A DNA stretch of 64,000 nucleotides from NCBI GenBank assembly GCA_964016885.1, contig OZ024742.1, positions 232,872,001-232,936,000 of the forward strand, in the 5' to 3' direction. Shown in pieces: positions 30,170 through 45,992 of this stretch; within the stretch, counting starts at the first letter, position 1; each line of letters begins with the position of its first letter. This stretch comes from Eledone cirrhosa. Lineage: Eukaryota. The position numbers were made by a program, and so were the translations under genes. Under the pieces are notes generated by a model. The model saw only the letters and a list, made by a program, of their open reading frames with translations, had not been told where the DNA came from and did not search any database.

Positions 30170-31700
30170 TACACCTGACTGTATGGGAATCGTGAAAGAG
30201 CGACATAAATTTGCCATGGCTAAATACTGACTCAGGAAGGAACAAACCCACTTTTTCCTATGTTTGACCCTGACTCTTGTTGATTGTCATAGCATACGAC
30301 AGTCTTAATGGATACTGGGTTCTTTCCAAAGTAAAAGGGGTGTTGGGATCACTGGGGGCTAACTTCAGTCTTCGGATCAAAACACGCCTGCCCATCAAAG
30401 AACCATTGATACGAGAAGCTTCGATAAAATTTAATCTTGTGCCATTGCATAATCCATTCTGGATTGAAATATTCCGTAGAAGCATTATTAATGATCCTGT
30501 TTTTAATTGGAGTTTGTGAGGCGGCATCCCGGAAGGTGTAAGCGAGTTCAGAAATTCAGTAGAATATCTGTCCGCCTCTATAGGCTCATCAGCGAGCACT
30601 CTATCTGTACTGTAATAAGTATGGCTGTTACCAGGGAGTTGTCTGAGAACCTCTTCATTGATTAATAGGCAATCAGCATTCTTAGGAGATAAAATGACAC
30701 ACATACTTTTCTCTTGTTTAGTTGTATCGCTGAAAATGTGCTAAACAGACATCTAGACATGACAATGGAGGCACTTCAACACCATCTTCATTCATATTCA
30801 GTCGTTCAATTGGAGGTGTTGTTCCATTACCCGGATGTAGCAACCACTTCGCAAACTCTCTCTGGTCTTCTTTTATTATGACATTATTTGTTAATCTAAA
30901 ATGTTGAAAGAAGTGCCACAGATGGGAGTTTTTAAGGCATATTTCTAATGTGGCTTCACGGGTATTTCTTGGTAATATTGGCAGCAGTTGCCTGAAGTCA
31001 CCTCCAAAAGCAAAATCTTTCCTCCAAACAATTCCTTGACACCAGTGATGTCTTGAAGGCACTTGTGAATTGCATGGGAAGGAATCATAGAAGCCTCGTC
31101 CAGTATTAAGAGATCCAGGTTCCGTAAGTAATTGGCATGGTCAGATGAGCCAAACACATTACATACACTGGTCTCTGTTAGTGGAACAGGTAGTTTGAAT
31201 AAATTGTGCACAGTTCTACCTCCCAGCAGCAGTGTAGATGCTATGCCGGTCCAAGCACGGCAATATACCTGATAGTTATTCATCTGGAGGTGAAAAATCA
31301 GTGTATTGAACAGATGTTTTACCACAACCTCCATAGAAGCAGGTATGTGCAGGCTTTTCATATTTTCTTCTCCGTTGAACAGCATCAGCTGTCATTTGTA
31401 AGAGAATCAATATCAGGGTAGTTGATGTCAACTTGAGGATCAGGTTGAAGCACCTCAATGGGCTGAGGTAGACTCAGTCATGCGCAGTTGGTACCATTTT
31501 CAATCAATATTGTGTTAATGTAACCAAGTGCTATATTTTCAGCTTGCTGACCATCCATTCCTTGATGTAAATAGTTATCAATCATTGATTCCTTATGTAT
31601 GTTCCACAATTGCAGTGCATTTTCTGGCACAGAATAAATGCACAGAGAAGCGAACATCATACGAAGTTGTGTTGGTATGTGGTGGGTAGCAGCTTCTTGC
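30170..31700 (-). pseudogene. Helitron PIF1-family helicase, frameshifted
   Basis: YGGCGKT (Walker A), AWTGIASTLLLGGRTVH, LILDEASM, GDFRQLLP, PSGMPPH..LLRN..NGLCNGT, YPLRLSYAMTINKSQGQT spread over several frames. Confidence 0.93.
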
Positions 31701-31799
31701 AGTAATATTGTTATTAATAATTTAGCGTTAAAAAATATATATATTGCCACGAAAAAAAGCCATAAAAAATCGCAGAAGATATTTACGATTCCGTGAGGT

Positions 31800-34700
31800 G
31801 GTTTTCCGCTGGGAACAACCCCTTGTTTTCTCCACCCCCCTTTTTTTGTGTACATCCATCCATTCACTCATTCATTTACTGCCATTCTACCTTCCTGCGT
31901 CTCCCCCTCCATGCAGCCCCTTTTCGCTCTCGTTTTCTGGCACCTCCATATATATAGGTGAGCTATGCTGCCCTCTTACCAGCACTTTCCCTTCCACCCA
32001 CAAACGCCAGCCACCCACCCTTGATGCCGCTCGGTGCCCCAGTCCCGGCCCCACGCCCCATCCCCCACCCCTCCAGATCGACACCTGCAGAACTTGCGGC
32101 ACCACTAACAGACGGAAGAGGGGCCGGAACTGTTTGGGGTGCGGCTGCTTCCACCACCTCATCTGCGTTGGCTTGACTCGTCGAGCTTCCAATGCCCTCG
32201 CAGCGTGGAGGTGCAGGAGCTGCCTCTTCCCCACGTCTGATGGCACACCATCAGATGGGACAGCCAGCTAGCCTGTCGCCCGAGCCTCGCTGGTCAACAT
32301 CGCTCGGCTCAGGCGGCTCCAGAAGATTCCACTCAGGATCCCGAGAGCGGCATGGGTGCCGGTAGCCGATGCCCTCGCTTCCTCGAATGAGAGCGCCCTG
32401 GACTCCAATCGAGCCAGTGACTGGGAGCGGCTGTTCTATTTCGCCCCACTCGCCCTCGGCCTCCCCAGCTCTGGCGCTGACCGGGGCGGCCGGTCAACAG
32501 CAGCCTTCGTCAAGGCCAATGTCTCGTCATTTGGGCGAGCGCCCATTCCAAGCGTGCCCAGGGACGCCACACACCCCACCCTCAGGTACCCCCTATCCCC
32601 CACCCCCGAGGCCAGCGCCAAGCGTTTGCGTGACCAGGTAAACGCAAAGCTTATGATGGGTGATCTCTCGGCCGCAGTCAGAGTTGTTGCCTCAGAGGAC
32701 ACTGTCCTCCAACCCACCGAGGAGGTCCTGGCTGCTCTGCGGCTCAAACACCCTGACCCACCCACTGATCTCAGACCCATACCCCCACCCGACCCCCACC
32801 TGCTCCTTGTGGCTACTGATGCAGACATCATGTCCGCCATCAGGTCCTTCCCAGCTAGCAGCTGCGGAGGTGTTGATGGTCTCCGACCAGGCCACCTCAA
32901 GGAGTTGACATCCTCCCTCTCTGCTGATGCCGGGCGCCGCCTTCTGAGTGCAATTGTGGCACTCACCAATAGGCTCATTCATGGTGCCCTCGACCCTTAC
33001 GCCCGAGGCCTCTTTTTTTCGGCCAGCCTCACCGCTCTCAGGAAGAAAGAGGGTGGCATACGCCCCATTGCTGTGGGCAATGTCTTCTGGAGGCTGGCTG
33101 CCAAGGTGATCTGCAAGTCCGTCACACACGAAATGGGTGAGGGGTTTAGTCCGGTGCAACTGGGTATCGGCGTGTCCGGTGGCTGTGAGGAAGTCGCTCA
33201 TGCAATCAGGCAGTTCTTCAGCAGCTGCCCATCGGTATCGGCATCCAGGGACTCCAGGCACCTCATTGTCAAGCTTGACATGAGGAATGCCTTTAACTCT
33301 TTACGCCGGGATCATCTGCTCGAGGCCTGCCTCAGCCGAGCCCCCTCTGCCTACCCGCTGGCCTACCTGTCATATGGAGCCCGAGCATGCTCCTAGCTGC
33401 TAATACGGTCATATCCTTTGGCAACCCTCCTTTTCGCCCTTGGTATTGACCACATCGTCCGGAGTATCACGACCCCTCTCAACGTTTGGTGTCTGGATGA
33501 TGCTACGTTGGGCGGGCCCGTACTGACGGTCTGCCAAGACCTTCAATCGGTGATTGCTGCCCTGGCGGGAATCGGCCTCCAGGTCAACTCGGCCAAGTCG
33601 GAGGTGGTGAACGTCAGCCTCGATGCTGTGAGCTTTGCAGCCTCCGTCTTGGACGTGCGGTCCATTCTCCGCCAGGTTCAGGTGACCCCCAAAGAGGATG
33701 TCATCATCCTCGGGTCACCGACCCACCCACCGGCTATCCGCTCCACCATCAGGTCCAGGCTTCAACAGCTCCAGACTCTCACGATCCGACTGGGCTTGAT
33801 TGACGGCCACCCAGCTCTCTTTCTGCTGAGGAACTGCTTCACCATGCCGAAGCTCCTCTATACACCCCGCAGCGCTCCATGCTACACCCAGACATCTCTC
33901 CTCGCTGACCTCGATACTTGTATCCGAGCAGCAGCTGAGGGGATATGCAACGTCAAGTTTGACGACATAGGGTGGCAACAGGCCACTTTACCGGTCAGGT
34001 ATGGCGGCCTTGGCCTCCGGTCCCCGATCTCACTAGCTTTGCCGGCGTATCTTTCGTCGGTAACCTCGTGCTGCGTCCTCGTCAGCAGGGTTCTTCAAAA
34101 CACAACAGAACCCTCTGTGTTCAGAGAACGTGAGGCCGCCTGTGAGACATGGGACCGGCTGGGACTTAGCCCAGTAGACGTCCCTCCTCCTTCTCCCTCT
34201 GTTGACGTCAAATCTCCCCCAACTTACTTGGGATGCCATCCAGTGCAGAGCGGCCTCAGACAGGCTCACGCGCCAGCTCGACCATCACCGCCTTGCTTGT
34301 TTTCGTGCGGCCTCCAAACCCCCACAGTGGTGTCTGGCTCCATGCTCTACCCTCCTTCTCCACTGGCACGCAGCTAGACAACCATAGCCTGCGAATCGGC
34401 GTTTCCCTGAGGCTCGGCCTCCGGATCTGCCAGCCACACCAATGTCGCTGCGGTTCCACCGTGGACTCTTTCGGCCTCCACCCGCTTTCCTGTCGCCACA
34501 GAGCCGGCCGCATTCCACGCCATGCTGCCCTCAACGAGGTCATTAAGCATGGCTTGGACGCTGCAGGCTTCCCTTCCCAGCTCGAGTCGGTGGGGCTGGA
34601 TCGAGGGGACGGCAAAAGGCCAGATGGCATGACCATCTTCCCGTTCCGCGGTGGCAAACCCCTCGTCTGGGATGCCACTTGCACCGACACTTTCTGCAGC

Positions 34701-35077
34701 CGCAACCTGGTGCAGTCTGCGATTGACCCAGGTTCTGCTGCACGTGGGGCTGAGGGGCCAAACTCTTCAAATACCGGTCGTTCTCCAACAAGTTTGTGGT
34801 CGTTCCCCTGGCAGTGGAGACTTCTGGTGTCCTCGGCTCCAGGGCTACCTCCTTACTCACCACCATAGGCGCTGAGCTGGCCAGCCGCAGGTGTGAGCCC
34901 CGCGAGTTGGAATGGCTTTTCCAGCGCGTCTCTCTTGCCGTCCTCCGGGGAAACGCCTTCTCCATTCTGTCCGCCGGGGCTGTGGGTGGACCCATCGCGT
35001 ACCAATACATTAGTTAAATACCATTCTTTCATCTGATACAACACAATAAAGACTAACGTGTTAAAAAAAAAAAAAAA
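31800..35077 (+). mobile_element. CRE-clade-like non-LTR retrotransposon (PHD finger, RT, restriction-like endonuclease), near full length, decayed, poly(A) tail
   Basis: CxxC..CxxC..HxxC..WxCxxC; GVDGLRP, KKEGGIRPIAVG, KLDMRNAFNS, CLDD; CRCG..H..SC, RH, KRPDG, WDATC, PLAVET, FQRVSLAVLRGNA; A-run at 35063-35077. Confidence 0.88.
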
Positions 35078-35806
35078 TTATTAGTTAGTTTCTAAGGAAA
35101 ATTCTGCGAATAACTGCGACCGCGAATATAGAGGGTACACTGTATACTTTGCAACTTCGGTCGTTATGTATATCTCCCTTACAGACACATACACTCACAC
35201 ACATGTGAAACACATATACTAACACAAACACACACAGACATACATTCACACAAACACATACACTCACACACACACAATAATTATTACATACACAGCGTTC
35301 TGTGTGAGTTACGCTCAAACACATATATTCACATACACATACACTCTCACATAAATATAAACATGCAAACAGACATACATTCACACACACACATACACTC
35401 TCACATAAATATAAACGCGCAAACAAATATACATTCACACACACATACACTTTGACATATACACACACATGTACAAACAGACATATATTCACACATAACG
35501 TTTCACCACCCCTTTGCTTGCTCAGTCATTACATAGATAAATACACAGCGTTGCGTTCTAGGAATCGTGCGTGTGTGTGTGTGTGCTTCTGTTGTCTGTG
35601 TATCTGTTTATGTATTTACGTGTAGATGTGTCTATGTAACTTACGAAAGCGTAACGTACGTGACGAACGAAACAAGCAGAATTATAATATGATATAAAGT
35701 ATATATATATATATATAAAAAACTCCGTAGAGCAAATATTTATATGTACATATCTTAGATCCTGAAAAGAGTGAAAGCAGCGATTGTTTGCTTAAACTTT
35801 AATCTG

Positions 35807-38205
<2,399 letters not shown>

Positions 38206-38229
38206 CACTCTAAGGTCACCCAGCCTTTC

Positions 38230-38815
38230 AAACCAATCCCAGCGAGCCACACCAATGTCGCTGTGGACCCACCATGGACTCTTTCGGCCTCCACCCACTT
38301 TCCTGTCGCCACAGTGCCGGCCGCCTTCCACGCCATGCTGCCCTCAACAAGATTATAAAGTATGGCTTGGACGCTGCAGGCTTCCTTTCCCAGCTCGAGC
38401 CGCTGGAGCTGGACCGAGGGGACGGCAAAAGGCCAGATAGCATGACCATCTTCCCGTTCCGCGGTGGCAAACCCCTCGTCTGGGATGCCACTTGTACCGA
38501 CACTTTCTCCAGCCGCAACCTGGTACAGTCTGCGACTAACCCAGGTTCTGCTGCACGTCGGGCTGAGGAAGCCAAACTCTTCAAATACCGGTCGCTCTCC
38601 GACAGGTTTGCGGTTGTACCCTTGGCACTGAAGATTGCTGGTGTCCTCTGCCCTAGGGCTAGCTCCTTACTCACCATCATAGGCGCCGAGCTGGCCAGCC
38701 GCAGGTGTGAGCCCCGCGAGTTGGAATGGCTTTTCCAGCGCGTCTCCCTTGCCGTCCTCCGGGGAAACGCCTTCTCCATTCTGTCCGCCGAGGCTGTGGG
38801 GAGGCCACCAATATG
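38230..38815 (+). mobile_element. 3' fragment of the CRE-like element (endonuclease domain)
   Basis: Highly similar to 34430-34990; ORF 38274..38816. Confidence 0.92.
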
Positions 38816-39188
38816 ATTGACTGACATGATGTTTGGATGTGAAACGTGGATATTACACAAGAGCTAAATTATCTCTCATGATGCCAAACCTTGTATCCAC
38901 TATTCAAAGGGTCCCACACAGCAGCCTGCAGCCACAACGACCATCCCTACCTCCTTTCCTCCTTCTTCTTCTTCTCCTCTCCCATCCTGCTTCTTCCCTC
39001 TCCAGTCACAACAAAGCCATTAGCACAGAAGGATGGACTGACAAAATGACTTTCTTCTCTGAAGGACTACGTATGTGAAAATTAACTTCTCTTCCCCTCT
39101 CTATAATTTTTTTTCTCTTTTTTTTTGTTATTATCGTTATTTTTCACTATTTGTACAAATATGCAACTTAACAATATTCTGCATATCC

Positions 39189-39226
39189 GCAATTGAAAAT
39201 GCATTTATAGCCGAAACCGGTATTGT
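39189..39226 (+). ncRNA. Minimal hammerhead motif, U3-A8 variant, weak stem II
   Basis: gcaa-TTGAAAA-tgc(atttata)gcc-GAAA-ccgg-TA-ttgt; palindromic ACCGGT stem III. Confidence 0.55.
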
Positions 39227-39314
39227 AAATAAATTAACGTTTTGAAATTTCACCAAAAATATCTCTTCAACATTTTCTACAGGAAAACTGCTTTTTCCTT
39301 TCTACTATTTGTTT

Positions 39315-39414
<100 letters not shown>

Positions 39415-39479
39415 AGTATTGAAGTTTCCGTTGAAAATTGAAAAAAGTCATAGGAGTGAAGAGTGCTCTATGTAAGTAC

Positions 39480-40259
39480 CAGAGCAGAATTTAATGTATA
39501 ATAAACAATACAATATAATTACCTCATTACCAGAGGTTTCCCGAATAAGACGAATACGAAAACGTCCTCATTTGTTCGTCGGACAAGGCAATTTAAAACA
39601 TAGTGAAATATTTGAAAAGAAATGCAAAAAATATATAAATAAAAGTAATGCAAGAGATATATATAAAAAAAAAGGAAATATAGTTAGGGTATGTGTATAT
39701 GTATGTATATACACTCACAAATGTACATATGTGTGTATGTACAAATGCATGTGTATGGTGAAAATGTGTGCATAAGTACATATATGAGGGCAAGTATATT
39801 TGTGTATATGTGACCACAAATACGTATATAATATGAGTTGAAAAAGAAATTGTATGATAATATAGTTGACACGCATCCAGATACAGGTATTAAATACACA
39901 TACGCGTATGAAAGCACGCGTATAAACACACACACACACGCGCGGTCACTTATATGCGGAAGATAAAGAGGGAAGGGAGTGTAATAGTAAAAAGAAGTGT
40001 CATTCTCGATATATGTTTTTAAAAAAATGAAACAATATATGAGAATGAAAAAATGTTTTTAAATCAAAGAGAAAGTAATCAATTAACACTAGAGAAAAGA
40101 AAACAAACATAGGTACGCACGTACATACACATATATATATATAAATATATTTATACACACAAATACGTACAGACAAAAGCGCATGCATGCGTACATACAT
40201 ACACACGAGGCACGTATATATATATCGCCACATGTATATCTAATCACACGTACGTACGC

Positions 40260-40317
<58 letters not shown>

Positions 40318-41205
40318 CTACATACACACCCATACATACATATACATATACACACATATACATACACATTCACATACATTCACCCGCATACACACACACG
40401 TATAAATAAGTATGTAAAAAACATAGATATAAAAAAACATAGATATAAAAACACACATATATATACGTACGCACGCACACATACGGAGGCGTTCGTATAC
40501 ATATACAGAACGTATACACACATAAGCACACTCACACACATAGATACAGATTATAAACCAGCCATATGAATAAATGAGTACAAATATAAAATCGGCTGCG
40601 AAACAACAGAATATATCTGAAGTGGAAAACGCAAGTGACATGTGGTATCAGGAAGTGAAAGAAAATGGGAAATAAAATGTGGAATGTGAAGATATTAGGT
40701 AAGTGAATCAAAAAGTAGGGGGGCGGGTTACTGGTGGATGTGAAGTAAAAATTAAAAAAAATAAAATTAAAAATAAAGTTAAAAATGAAAGTAAATCAGA
40801 AAGAGAAGTCTGTAAAGAGGATAATTTAAGGAAAGTGAAGAATAAGAGTTTATGGAGGATAAGTATCTGAAAGTGAGTTAAGTTTATATGAGCTGGAAAA
40901 CAAGTGTGATTTCATGTGTGGGCAACTGGTGAAAATTTCTGTTTTTGTATTCAGGCAGGTTTTTGGTGATTTAAGGTTCTGTAAAATCCAATATTTTTTA
41001 CTTATGCAGAGTGTGCATCTTCGTTCCTCTTGCATATTCTTTAGATTGGTTCAAAATTGACCAATCCAATTTATATTGGATACCTTGGTCTTTCAAATCC
41101 CATATTCTGCTAGCCAGAGCTGTTGTGAATCTTTTTTTCTGGATGTCGGAAAGATGCGACATGTGAGTAATAACCAATCTCTATAACGCATCTCCCTTAC
41201 CACCC
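39480..41205 (-). mobile_element. PLE 3' fragment (GIY-YIG C-terminus plus long low-complexity 3' UTR)
   Basis: ORF 40850..41035 RCTLCISKKYWIL..LNTKTEIFTSCPH resembles a PLE C-terminus; same-strand hammerhead at 39522-39588. Confidence 0.65.
39522..39588 (-). ncRNA. Hammerhead motif, C4 core variant
   Basis: Minus strand ccttgt-CCGACGA-a-caaatgaggacg(ttttcgtatt)cgtcttattcg-g-GAAA-cc(tct)gg-TA-atgagg. Confidence 0.7.
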
Positions 41206-41229
41206 CAGAGGGTGGTAAGGGAGATGCGC

Positions 41230-41424
41230 TGGAAGAGCCATTCCATTTCATGAGGCTCACACCTGCGGCTAGCCAACTCAGCGCCTATGGTGGTAAGTAG
41301 GGAGGTAGCCCTAAGGCCAAGAACACCAGAAGTCTCCACTGTTAGGGACTCGACTACAAACCTGTCGGAGAGCGACCGATACTTGGAAAGTTTACCTTCT
41401 TCAGTCTGAAGTGCAGCAGAGCCT
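41230..41424 (-). mobile_element. Diverged CRE-like endonuclease fragment
   Basis: Reverse complement aligns by eye to 34733-34945. Confidence 0.85.
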
Positions 41425-43142
41425 TTGATGATAAGGAAGAATATTACAATGAGGCTTTACATAGAGCAGGATACTCGAATAAAATTAAATCCTTAGATAA
41501 CAATAACATGATAAATCATCCTAGAATTCATTATAATAACAATAAACAATTCAACTTAAATAGTAAACCAAACAAAAAAACTAGAACTAGAAATATTATT
41601 TGGTACTCTCCTCCATTCTCATTAGGCGTTAAAACACCTTTAGCAAAGCTATTTTTTAAAGCACTAAATAAGTGTTTTCCTAAATCCCACAGATACCACT
41701 CTATTTTTAACAGACACACTGAACATAGCACAAAATATAAATAGAATTAATAGAAACTTAAATTTAAACGCTAACCAAACAAACCAAGATAGCAATAATA
41801 ATATTTCAAACAACAATATTCATAATAATAGTACCGTTCCTAGTAACAAGAACTCCAGAAAATGTAACTGTAGAATTAAATCAAACTGCCCTTTACAAAA
41901 TAATTGCTTAGACAAAAACGTAATTTATAAATGCCCTGTTAAAACTAGAGACAAAATATTTAACTATATAGGTGCCACTTCTACAAAATACAAAGAACGC
42001 TGGTACAACCACAAACATACATTTAATAGGTCCGATAAAAAATCTTCCACTTCACTTCACATCTAATTTGGAATTTAAAGGACAACAATATAGACTATTC
42101 AATATCTTGGGGAACGATTTCGAAAGCACATGCATACCGAAATATTGCTTTCTCAAGAATCTGTCATTTGTGTATCGAGGAAATTTTTTTTTATAATTAA
42201 CTGTCAAAACAATTAATTTAAAAACAGAATTATTTTCTACTTGCAGACATCGCCAAAATTCTACTTTCCGAAGTATTTTTAATCTATGATATTCTTTACA
42301 CTTGACTATATCATATACACCTTTAAAATGATCCTATTATTTACTGAGTTTTTAAATGATCTTCCTTCTTAAATTTAGTATTTTTACCATTTGATATTCT
42401 TTTCCTAATGATAATCTTCTTAATCTATTTTTTAGATGTAGATTGATACTCTTCTTCTTCTTAAATTTTTTTAATGTAAAATGTAAAATCAACATCCTTC
42501 GTAATTTATATGAGAAATATAAACAATTAATACTTGTGGTTTATTTCTATAAAATCACCAATAATACTTATACTTGCACAATTATTAATCTATGTAGATA
42601 TTTATATACTTACAACCTGTTGTAATGTAATAAGATAAACTATACTTACAACCATAATTCTTCATATAATCTAATTGATTATATATACAATATTATAACT
42701 CTTAATATAGCTAAATAATTTTTTTAAATTCTGGAATCATATTCCACCATTCCTACAAACAGTTAATTCTTTTTAAATTAACGTAAATACAAGCTCTTCT
42801 TTCTTTCTCTTTCTTCTTCCTACACATACATATATCCTAATAATTATTTAAATCTACCTAGCGTCTAAAAATAACGTTTTTTTCAGCCCTATACCTCAAT
42901 CTTATTTGCATACCCATCTTAATAATTTGAAATATTTTGTTTCTTCTCTTTCCCTTCTTTCCTTTTACTATCCAGGAAAAACTTGAACCGTTAAGATCTT
43001 CTTCCTGGATATGTCAATATTTATAAAACAAACTTTGAATTTTATCTGATGAGAGCGTACCAAAATGTCGGTACTCTTGAAATATACATAATAGAATAAA
43101 TATGGTTTTATAAATATAGTTTCCATTTATTTAATATCATTG
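41425..43142 (+). mobile_element. PLE family B-related 3' fragment (RT thumb/linker, GIY-YIG remnants, pLTR)
   Basis: RNIIWYSPPFS..SIFNRH, CNCRIKSNCPLQNNC..NVIYKC, YIG; homologous to 21600-22400. Confidence 0.85.
43040..43096 (+). ncRNA. Hammerhead motif in pLTR
   Basis: ttttat-CTGATGA-gagcgtacc(aaaatgtc)ggtactctt-GAA-at(atac)at-A-atagaa. Confidence 0.8.
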
Positions 43143-43367
43143 AATATATATATATATATATATATATAAATTTTAGTACAGCATGGACGAAGCTTTAGAA
43201 TACGGCCAATCTAACGTATATGCATAATCGGTCTGTAGCTTGAGCACTCAGATGAGGAAATACCCCAGATTAATAACATTACGTTCAGACAGCTTAGCAA
43301 ATCAGATATAGAGGTCGGCAGTCCAGTCGCATCACTAGAGCAACGAAAATACAGGACCCAGGAAAAG

Positions 43368-43440
<73 letters not shown>

Positions 43441-43790
43441 CTATCTATCTATCTATATATATAATACACATATATTAAAATAACAGATTAACGTTTAAGC
43501 AAAGAATCGCTGCTTTCACCCTTAACCTTTAATCTGTTATTTTAATAAATATTTTCTCTACGGTTTTATATATATTTATATATATAAGACGTTTCGACGT
43601 TTCGACGGCTATTTCTGGACCAGAAATAGCCGTCGAAATGGCTTGAGCTTTGCCGTCGGGGTCATACTTTTTCCTATTACCCACTCTACTACCCTAAGTA
43701 TTGAGTACTCTGGTTCCTTACCACAATTCCTTCGTTATTTATATATATATTATCCTTATCGGGGCCTCTTCGGATTTTAATATATATATA

Positions 43791-44105
<315 letters not shown>

Positions 44106-44239
44106 ATTACTATATATATATATAATTCGTTGGATGGATTTTCTGATTCGACTTTCACCTCGAAACTGGATACCAACCCGGAGTACACCTAAACTTCCAC
44201 CAGGAAATCTTTCGTATCTTTGAAATTTTCTTTGCTTCT

Positions 44240-44279
<40 letters not shown>

Positions 44280-44307
44280 AGAATATTTTCGACTATTATA
44301 TATATAC

Positions 44308-44353
<46 letters not shown>

Positions 44354-44433
44354 AAAGGAAGTGTGGTAGGAAACCAAGTGGACCATAACGCACCAGAGTA
44401 CTCGATACTTTATATATACATGCATATATATAT

Positions 44434-44739
44434 ATATAAAGATTTACATATACTTAAAGTCACAGATATATATTTGGCAACCATTCACGATGTGGCTCAA
44501 TGAAGAATTAATAAATTAAATAATCAGAGCAATATATCATAAATCATGTCCCTAGAATTATTAGATAAAATATATACAATTTGGGAGAGGAAATTCTATA
44601 TATTTTATCTAATAATTCTAAGGACATGATTTATGATATATTGCTCTGATTATTTAATTTATTAATTCTTCATTGAGCCACATCGTGAACGGTTGCCACA
44701 TATATATCTGTGACATTATGTATATGTAAATCTTTATAT
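44434..44739. repeat. Inverted repeat, ~143-bp arms, 20-bp spacer
   Basis: 44434-44576 vs reverse complement at 44597-44739. Confidence 0.92.
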
Positions 44740-45145
44740 TTAATAATCTCCCGTTGGGTTGAGATGCAATTTGGGCGATATTGGGCTGCGCTTTCTAGCA
44801 ACCAGCCTACTCGCCGTAAGCAACTAATCACATTCTTTCTAACTTGACCACTGCCACGTCACGATTCTTAGCAATTTTTTTAATCTATTTCTGGCGGGAT
44901 CGCTTTGGAAAATTAACTGTCCTATTGAGTTTGTCTCATGATGAATTCGATACTCGAGATATATATATATATAAACAAAGAAAGTGTGGTAAGAAACCAG
45001 GTGGACCATAACGCACCGGAGTACTCGATACTTAGGGTAGTAGAGTGGGTAATAGGAAAAGAGTCAGGACCCCCGACGGCTGAGCTCTGTTCGGATCTAG
45101 CTATCGAAACGGCCGGAGCTCAGCCGTCGGGATCCTGACTCTTTT

Positions 45146-45244
<99 letters not shown>

Positions 45245-45992
45245 AATGAAAATTATTGTGTACAGTGCTCAGGTGCACTACAACTCATCAAATGTGCATG
45301 TATAGTACATATAATAATGTACAAATGCCAGGAAAGTGAATTTTGTAAGCATCTCCACGGGTGTTAGACATATGGAATTAAAAAAAGTGCTCAGGATTGT
45401 TGTTGGCAGGATGGTTAATACTGTTGTGGGTGTTTACCAAGTCAGTTACCAGATATCAGAGCTTTAATGTATCCATGCCCAGGGCATTGTCACATCTGAA
45501 TATTTCTTGTCTAGGATACTTACTTCTCAATTTTATGTGGATTCATGCATGTTTAAGTCTCCGAGGAAAAGAAAATGAAATGAAATTAATATGTATGTAT
45601 AGGGAAATCTTTCTTTTATATATTTCTTTTGGTATTACCCTAATAACCAGTATTTGGATTTATATTTAAATAACTAGTATTTGAATCTTACTAAAATGAA
45701 AAAAAATCTTTAACCATCCCTATCTGTAATGTTTGCTTTATTTGTATAAATGTGCATAAGACTAATACAAATGTTATAAATGATGTCCGAACCCTGTGGA
45801 TTATTATTATTGGGGAATTTTTCATTGTTCTATTATTACATCCTCTGTTTTTTTTGTTTTTTTTACACGCAGAAATGCCCATTTGTACCGTCCTGTATTG
45901 CCCTGTACTGTCCTTAATGTATACTTTGTGTAAACCCTTGTGGTTAATAAAGAAAGCATTATTATTATTATTATTATTATTATTGTTGTTAT

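Larger units (their letters stand above)
29569..31720 (-). mobile_element. Helitron, 3' part; 5' part probably continues at ~35085-35700 beyond the CRE insertion
   Basis: Minus-strand end CAGTGGAATTTCCACGG hairpin, then GTCCCA-CTAG followed by T at 29569; PIF1 helicase upstream. Confidence 0.85.

Noticed and set aside
30170-31700. Host PIF1 gene
   Set aside because: Intronless, frameshifted and followed by a Helitron 3' terminus
32436-35044. Long antisense ORFs over the CRE-like element (also at 62161-63560)
   Set aside because: GC-rich shadow frames of the sense RT/RLE coding sequence with no motifs of their own
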